In this document: positions 56,218 to 64,000 of the stretch, piece by piece
Layout: each line of letters begins with the position of its first letter
Numbering within the stretch: the first letter of the stretch is position 1
Made by a program: the position numbers and the translations under genes
DNA from: a virus
Lineage: Duplodnaviria; Caudoviricetes
Direction: 5' to 3' (one strand)
Length of the DNA stretch: 64,000 nt
IMG/VR virus record: IMGVR_UViG_2595698395_000001
Location: 8,370-72,369 of that record
Notes under the pieces: generated by a model
The model's database searches: none
Told to the model about the DNA's origin: nothing
Seen by the model: the letters and a program-made list of their open reading frames with translations, nothing else

Positions 56218-57747
56218 ATGGCAGCACAAGGAAATAACGCAGCACACATTCAATCAAGAGGTCTTGGTGACGGAGTTTCCGAAGACATTAAGTATTGGAA
56301 CCAAGATGCAGCACGCAGAAGAGAAGAAGGTCGTTTAAAAGATAACGAGGCTTATAATAGAGCACAAAAAAAACGAGAAGAAGATAAGGCTTTTTACGAA
56401 AAAAATATTAAACCTTTAAACAATTGGGAAACAGGGGTTAAAAGCTTAACCGAACTACAAGCAAGGACTTTACAGCAAGCAGCAGACGAAAGGTTTAATG
56501 TTATGGAGAAATTGAAAACAGAATCTCCAGGAAGTGAAAACTATATTAAACTATCCACAAAACTTAGTGGATTAAATAGCGTTGTAGGCAAAATAAAGCC
56601 TTTTTCAGATAAAATAGCAGAACTAGTTCAAGAAGTAGAGGCAAATGTTAAGTCTGGAACAATAAAAGACAACGACAAGGTTGCTAAATTCAGAAGTACA
56701 GTTCAAGATAGTTATGATTCTTATCAAACTGGATTTGATGATAACGGAGATTTAGTTATTGCTTATAGAGACGTAAATGGTGATGGAGAAAACGACATTA
56801 TAGGAACCGAATCATTTAACAACATTATGAATGGTGTTACAAGTTGGAAATTCGACCCTAACTTTGACATTGATGCATTAGCAAAAGGAGCAGCAGGAGA
56901 ATTAGGTAAAAACGAAGATGTTTCTGAATCTGGATATGTCAAAAATACTACAATAGGTCCACTAGAAGGAACACTTAGCGAAAAAGCAAAATCCATTATG
57001 GTTTCTCCAGATGGAGGATTAACAAGTGAAGGAAAATCTTTTGCGCAAGATTTAGGATTAGATCCGGATAAAGAAGAAACTATTACTGCGGTATTAGATG
57101 GTTTCAAACAAAAAATGGAAACATACGTAAGTAGAACTAGGAAAAAAGAAGTAGACTATATCGCGATAAATTCAGCAGGAAGATTAAATTTAGATAGACA
57201 AAAAGAAGGTAATAAGCAACCAAAAATTACAGAACCGGTTACACCTACTAACGAGACTTGGAACCTTTCTGAAAACAAGATTGATCCAAACAAAGTTAAT
57301 AGCCTTGGAGTGTCAGGCGTGTCTTTAGATGCAATAAGAGACGGATCAGAAGTATTAAGTAACGCAGAAGTTCAAAATGCGACATACAACAAGGATGGTA
57401 ACATGGTTTTAGATGTTGTTGTTCCTAAGTACAAGTCAATGACTAGTCAGGATTATTCTGCATTAGAAGCTAGAGCTTCAAGCGGAGACGCGGACGCTAC
57501 AAGAGAATTAAGGTCAGCGAAAAGAGACGGAAAAGGTGGAGCACGAGTTGTTATACCAGGTCAAAATGAAAGAAAAGCAGTAGTAGTACCTAAAGAAGAT
57601 GAAGCAAAAGTAGCTTCGGAAATGGGAGAAACCATAGAATCTCTTAAAGGTAAGATTTACAAAGAAGAAGTTCCTAAAAATACTTCTACAACAGAAAGTA
57701 AAGAAGATAGATTGGCTAGGATGAAAGCTAAACTTAATAATAAATAA
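56218..57747 (+). CDS. Internal virion/ejection protein
   Basis: Position between small and giant ejection genes. Confidence 0.6.
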   Translation: MAAQGNNAAHIQSRGLGDGVSEDIKYWNQDAARRREEGRLKDNEAYNRAQKKREEDKAFYEKNIKPLNNWETGVKSLTELQARTLQQAADERFNVMEKLKTESPGSENYIKLSTKLSGLNSVVGKIKPFSDKIAELVQEVEANVKSGTIKDNDKVAKFRSTVQDSYDSYQTGFDDNGDLVIAYRDVNGDGENDIIGTESFNNIMNGVTSWKFDPNFDIDALAKGAAGELGKNEDVSESGYVKNTTIGPLEGTLSEKAKSIMVSPDGGLTSEGKSFAQDLGLDPDKEETITAVLDGFKQKMETYVSRTRKKEVDYIAINSAGRLNLDRQKEGNKQPKITEPVTPTNETWNLSENKIDPNKVNSLGVSGVSLDAIRDGSEVLSNAEVQNATYNKDGNMVLDVVVPKYKSMTSQDYSALEARASSGDADATRELRSAKRDGKGGARVVIPGQNERKAVVVPKEDEAKVASEMGETIESLKGKIYKEEVPKNTSTTESKEDRLARMKAKLNNK

Positions 57748-57748
57748 A

Positions 57749-60700
57749 ATGGGTAAACAAATAAACTCGCCTACATATTTAGAAGAATCTGAGTATAATT
57801 CAAAGTTTGATAAAGATGTATCAAAACTTATTGATGAAGGGTTTAGCGATGAGGATATTGAATTGTATGTACAAGATTTTAAAAAGTCTTATGCCTTAAA
57901 AAAAAAGACGTTTCAGAATCTACTTCTCAAAATCAGCAATCGGTTTCGGGACCAGTTCCAGAAGTTGGTTCTTCGGATGGTGCACAAAGCAATGATCCAT
58001 TTGAGTTATTAAGAACAGAGCCATTGAATCCTGAGAAACAGGAAAAAAATGACTTGTACGATAGATACACCAAAGCGTCTGAATTAAGAGACGACCAATT
58101 ATCTGAAATAGACAACTCTTTAAAAACACAAGAACGAACTAATAAGTTTAAAAATTCTTTTGCCGCAAAACTATTTGGTATTAGCGGCTCTTCTGCATTT
58201 GAAACAGGCAAATCAAAAGAAGACCTAGAAAAAGAAGCTATAAACAGAAATAAAGAAGAGTTTTTTGAAACATTATCAAAAGAAGAACTTACTGATTTAC
58301 AAAGACAAGAATACAGTAAGATAGAAAAATTAAATACTGAAAACAAGTCCAGAATATGGGACAATAATAAGTACGACGAGCAACGTAATGCTATTGACCA
58401 AGAAATGAATGCTATTTCTCAAGGAATATGGTCGGCATTAGAAAAAGGAGAGCAGCCAAATGTTCAGGCTTACGCAAAATTAGACGAACTAAAGTACCAA
58501 AAAGATAGTCTAGGAGCTAAGATGAATCTAAATATTTCTGATTATGAAAAATCACAAGAAGACTTACAAGGATTCAACGAAGAATTGGATTTATTCAAAA
58601 CTAATTGGGGGCTATGGGAGAGCACTAAAAAATCAATAGGACTTCAGGGAACTAAAGGACTTTTAGGTGTGACCAAAACAGCAACAAACTTATTTCCGGA
58701 CGCACTTAAACCGGTAGCTCAAACAATAGATGATAAAATTAATGAAACTCTTGATATTGTAGACGAAGAGCAATCTGGTATTAGAAAATCTAAATCAATA
58801 AACGATGTAAAGTCTTACGAGGATTTTGGAGAATTTTTCGTGGAGACATTAGGAGAACAATCTATCCCATTGGTTGCTGCAGCAAGTGGAACAGGCGGTA
58901 TTATGTATTTAGGATCATCTTCTTTTGGAGGTAAGCAATCAGAACTAGAGCGAGAGATAACTAAAGACGGCAAAAACTACTCACAAACTCAAATACTAGC
59001 TGCTAGTGCTTCAAGTGCTTTATTCGATACCGCAGGAGCTTTAGTAGATAGATATGCCATGATGAAGGGAGCTAGAGCGTTGAAGGCTGGAATAAGTTCA
59101 GGAGGAAGGAAAGCAATTGAAAGCGGAGTTTCAAAATATTTAAAACCGGTAGCAGCAGAGTTAACGGAAGAAACTAGCGCGTTATTAGGTAGTCAAATAG
59201 TAGATTATTACGGATTAGATAAAAAAGACACAAAAATTGGTGCCGATTTAGCGAACACGATAGCTAAAACGGGTATAACTGTGGGGTTAATGAATACAAT
59301 TCCTACAGTCATTGGAGACGCAATGGGCGCATACCATACAAGACAAAAAAAGTCAAGGATAAAAGAAAACTTAGAAACTGTATCTAAAATGCAAAAGCAA
59401 TTAGATAGCGGTAGTGATTTCACTGAGTTGGAAAAAAACTCTATCTTGTCTGCAATAGATAAAGCTACAAAAGAAAATTTTGAGCTACTTAAGAATACTT
59501 CTGAAGCTGTAGTTAAATTATCTGATAAGGATAGGGAAAAAGTTTCTGCACTAGATGGTGAAATAAATGATTCAAAAAAATCTATTGTAGAGATAAATGA
59601 ATCTGAAAAGATAGACGCAGAAGCTAAAGAAAAACTTATTGAAGATTTTACAGAAAAAATTGAGGTTAAAGAAACTCAAAAAGAAGAAATACTAAATAAA
59701 GATACGGATGCCGAAACAGAGACGAACGCCACAGAAACAGAAAAGCCAACGGTGGAAGAAACAACACCTGAAAGTAAAAAACAAAAGAAAGGAGTATTAA
59801 AAGACGACGTATTTACAGATAATTCAGGAAGTAAATTTAAAATAGAGATTTACGATGGAATGAATGGTAAAGTAAACAAATTATCTGACAGAAAAAACAC
59901 AGATAAAGTTGGAGGTAACATCACCAATGAAAATGGTGATGTTGTTGGCAGATTTGGATTTATAGAGCAGAAGGATGGTTCATTCGTAGCTAATATCATA
60001 AATATAAATGAAGATTATAGAAGAAAAGGATTAGCATCTTCTGTGTATGAATTTATGGATAATGCAGGATTAAAAACTAAAGATTCTAGTATTCAAACTG
60101 AAATGGGAGTTAAATTAAAAAACTCTATAAATCCTAACGGAGAAAAAAACACAAGTACTCCAAAAGGAGAAATGATTGATTTTGAAACAGGAAAATCAAA
60201 TAAAAATGAAACAACACAGGAACAAAATACTGCTACTGATGGAGATATTCAGCCTGGAACTGATACAAACACACAACAAGAGCAAGAAAGTTCAGCACAA
60301 CCCGCCGTTGAACCTACAGCAAGTGAAACAGAGGTTAAGCAACCAACAACAAAAAGAGTAAACCCTAAAGGAGTAAAGGGTGAATTTGATGTTGAATTAG
60401 ACGCAAATGGAACAGTTACAAGTATAAAAACAAACGACGGCAGAGAGGTTCCTAAATTTGTAAATAGAAAGGTTAAGGTATCTAAACAAAATCCAAAAGG
60501 ATTAAAGCCGGTTAAGAATGCAAACTATTCCAGAATAGAAGCAGAAGCTATTGGTTCTAAAACTGAAAACGCCATAAGAGATGAAAACAATGCTGCAACA
60601 AACGAAGCTGTTTCTACATTTGAACCTACAACTCCTTATGAAGCGGCATTAAAATACATGGCCGACGGAGGAAGAGTTAAATTAAATGACGCTAAATCAC

Positions 60701-63700
60701 AAGGACAAGGATCTAAAGGAGGTAAATGGGCAGCAGGATTTAATAAAGAATCAGATTTACCAACTATTGAACGAGCTTCAGAAATAATTGCCGAAAGTTC
60801 TGGATTAAGCGATATAGACCAACAAGAAATAAGAGACGCATTAGAATCTATCGTTAGAGAAAACGGTAGTATTGACGATGTGCGTCAAAAAATAGTTGAA
60901 TTAAGAAATGAAAAAGAAGTAGAAGCGCAACAAGCGGAGTTGGACGCGTTTAAAAACTCACTTAGCCAAGAAGATTTCGCTGTTTTAGAATCTATTGAAG
61001 CTGAGGACGATTTTTTAAGTGAGTTATCAGATAAAGAAGCAATTGAATATTTAGAAGAGCAATATGGAAAACAAGAAGGACAACAAGATGTCGAGATCAG
61101 AGAGGCTGAGGCTGCAAGCGTTCAAGAACTTTCAGGAAAAAAAGAAACAGAATCAAAGTCAGAAACCCAAGAAGAAGTAGATAATGAGATTCAGGCGCAA
61201 GGTATAACTTCAAAATCTAAAGACAACAGAGATTTAGCACTAAGTAAAGGTGGACCGGTAAGACAATTAAATGAATTTAGAGCCAAGTTTAAAAGATTAT
61301 GGAACCAATCATTTAAAAGTAATGCCGGAGCAACAAAAGAAGTTGCAAATATCATGCGATCTCTAGGAAGAGAAACTAGCGCAATAACAACTGCTTTAGA
61401 ATACGAGATAGGTGTATTAAATAAAATAGGCAAAGATGTACTTAAGAAGTCAAAAAAAGACTTTAAAGAGAACATAAAATCTATTAACGAATACATGTCT
61501 GGTAATAAAGATGCGGATATTTCTTTTTTAAATGACGAACAAATTAATAGTTTAGATGCGTTAAGAACAAGAGTAGATACATTATCCGAACAACTAAACA
61601 CTAGATTGGCTGATAAAATAACAGCATTAGAAGCTAAAAAGAAAAGCTATAAATCAAGTTCTATTGCCCAAACAAGCATTGATAATTCTATAGAGAGAAT
61701 ACAAAACCTTATAGATACTATAGAAGCTAACAAGGGAGTTTACTTGTATCGATCATACCAAGCTTTTAAAGATAAAAAATACCTTAACAATCTTACGAGT
61801 AAAAACGTAAATGCAGAAGGTAGAAACAGAATTAAAAAGGCTGTAGATTTTATTGTAGAAGAAAGCGAAGGAAAATTAGACGAGAAAGCTGCTAGAAGAC
61901 AACTGTTTGAATACCTAGACGATTTAAAAGTTAAAGGAGACTTCGCTACACAAGCAACAAGTGGACGCGCAGATTCTCCATTCTTAAAAAAGAGAAAAGA
62001 TATTCCAGAACCAATACGTGAACTATTAGGAGAGTCTAAAGATCCTGTGGCAAATTATGTAAATACTGTTTTTAAAATAAGCAGTTATATTGCTAGTTTG
62101 GAATATCAAGAAACAATGGCCACCGAATTGCTAGATTCTGGACTAGGGACATACGAAGCTCAAGAAGGATATACAAAACTAACTTCTGATTCAGAAGGAT
62201 GGCAAGGTTTAAGCGGTATATATGTTTCTAATGAACTATATAACTCAATACAGGATTTACAGCCATTAGATGCCGTTACAAACGATGTATACAAAGCTTT
62301 AATTGTGTTTTCTGGATTCACTAAGCTAGGAAAGACTGTTTTAAGTCCAACTACTGCGGCTAGAAACTTTTATAGCGGTGTTTTCTTAGGGATAAATGCA
62401 GGATTTATGCCAGGAGCCAATCCAAAACTTGCGGCCAAGGCTTTAAAGTTAGCATGGGGAACTAAAAAGACTAGAAAAGAACTAAAGGCCGAACTTTATA
62501 AATTACACCAACTAGGTATTTTAGGTGACGGAGGTATGTCGCAAGAAGTAATAGAAACTATCAATGATTTCAGTAATGAAATTGATAGGATGGTTAGTAA
62601 AAATGTATTCACTAAAAGTTTTGATGTTGTTAAAAAAATATATGCTCTTGGTGATGATTACTATAAAGTGATAGGATTTTACACATACAAACAAAGGTAC
62701 ATGAGTAGTGGAATGACTGAAATGCAATCAGAAGCTAAGGCAGCAGAAAGAATGACAAGCACATTTCCTACATACAGTATGCTTCCTAAAAATGTTCAAA
62801 GGTTGAGAAGAGTTCCTTTTGTTGGAACATTCGTTTCATTTCCATACGAGGTTTTAAGAACTACGGCAAATACTTTAAGGTTCATTAAAGAAGATATAGA
62901 TTCTGGTAGAAATAAAATGGCAATGCAGCAAGCAGCAGGATTATTTGTAGCTAGTGCTACACTTGGAGGAATAGGATTAATGTCTAGAAACATGATTGGA
63001 TTCGATGATGATGATGATGATACATTTAGAAATATGCTTCCTGATTGGCAAAAAAACTCAAAGCTAATATATACAGGAAAAAATGAATTTAATCAACCTA
63101 CATTCATAGATGGTACAGCGTTATTCCCTGCGGAGGTTTGGTTGAAGCCACTAAGAGCACTATTAGAAGATAGGGCAGGAAGAAGCTTTAATGATAAGAT
63201 GAAAATTTCTGCAGATGAATTATTTACACCTTATATTGGATTGGATATTTCATACAAAACAGTTAATGAGTTAATATCAAACAAAGACCAATACAGTAAG
63301 AAGATATATGAAGGAGAAAGTTTAGGAACCGGATTATTTAATGACCCTGAAAAAATAAGTCAACACTACCTTAAGAATGCAGGTCCAGGTGTTTATGCAA
63401 ACATAACTGAGTTTATGCGCGCTAATGAAATCAATCCTGATTTCTTTGGGGATAAATATACTTCTTACGGAAGGGAGTATAACAACTTAGATGCATTAAT
63501 GGGTGTATTAGGATTTCGTTTCTCTACAGTTAATTACGCCACTGGTATGAGTTCTGTGGGATTTGATTTAAAGGAGAAATACAATGATGTAAGAACAAAT
63601 ATATCCAGAAAGATAAAATCTACAAAGGAGTTAGATGAAGAACAAATTGGAAAGCTTATTGAAAAGTATAATGAGGTCAATGAAAAAGTTTCGGATCAAG

Positions 63701-63996
63701 TCTTATTAAACATAAAAGGAGCCAGAAAACTAGGTGTTAGTGATACTGATATTGAGAATGCATTAAATCAAAGTGGATTTTCTATTGGAGATATAGACTA
63801 CTTCTTAACAGGAGATAAGCCGCCATTGAAGGAAATTTCTAAAACTACTGAGGCAAACCAAGTAGATAAAATTGACCTAAACTACAAAGACAAAAACAAG
63901 GCCAATAAAATTATTGATAGTTACTATAAAAATGTAGACTTATTCAATACCCTTATTTACGAATATCCAGACAAAGAAAAAACCAACCCTAAATAA
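57749..63996 (+). CDS. Giant internal virion/polyvalent protein (~2082 aa if 57749 and 58024 ORFs are joined by a -1 frameshift at 57901-57907)
   Basis: The 58024 frame is open from 57883 with no ATG before the TTG start; A-AAA-AAG slippery site; embedded GNAT motif EDYRRKGLAS; LPDWQKN in the C-terminal region. Confidence 0.7.
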
Positions 63997-64000
63997 CGGG

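Noticed and set aside
58024-63996. Virion RNA polymerase
   Set aside because: No DxDGD/DFDID catalytic context was recognised; GFDDDDDD is a simple acidic run.
1-64000. Stop-codon reassignment as in some crAss-like phages
   Set aside because: Large structural genes are intact in code 11, TAG stops fall at plausible gene ends, and no suppressor tRNA is seen.

Overview
This AT-rich 64-kb window is part of a Bacteroidota (probably Flavobacteriaceae-infecting) tailed phage or prophage with a podovirus-like structural module. It carries a leftward SMC/SbcC-like ATPase operon and a tyrosine integrase. It also has an XRE regulator, an early leftward block with ArdA, and a middle block (MazG, KTSC, RusA, GroES). 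Three signal-peptide-bearing fibre/depolymerase genes precede a GH108 lysis cassette, then terminase, portal, scaffold, capsid, tail ring/nozzle and ejection proteins, plus tRNA-Cys. The most striking feature is at ~3.9-8.0 kb, just upstream of the integrase: an array of ~11 small gene cassettes, each bounded by its own mutually complementary GTT.../...AAC ends and separated by imperfect attC-like hairpins. These hairpins fold best on the sense strand and often hold the start codon and N-terminal module of the next ORF, which resembles an inverted integron inside a phage. Other candidates are two C-rich-loop small RNAs complementary to G-rich leaders of early/middle genes and two -1 frameshift sites. 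All calls are by eye from motifs and gene order; no database searches were run.
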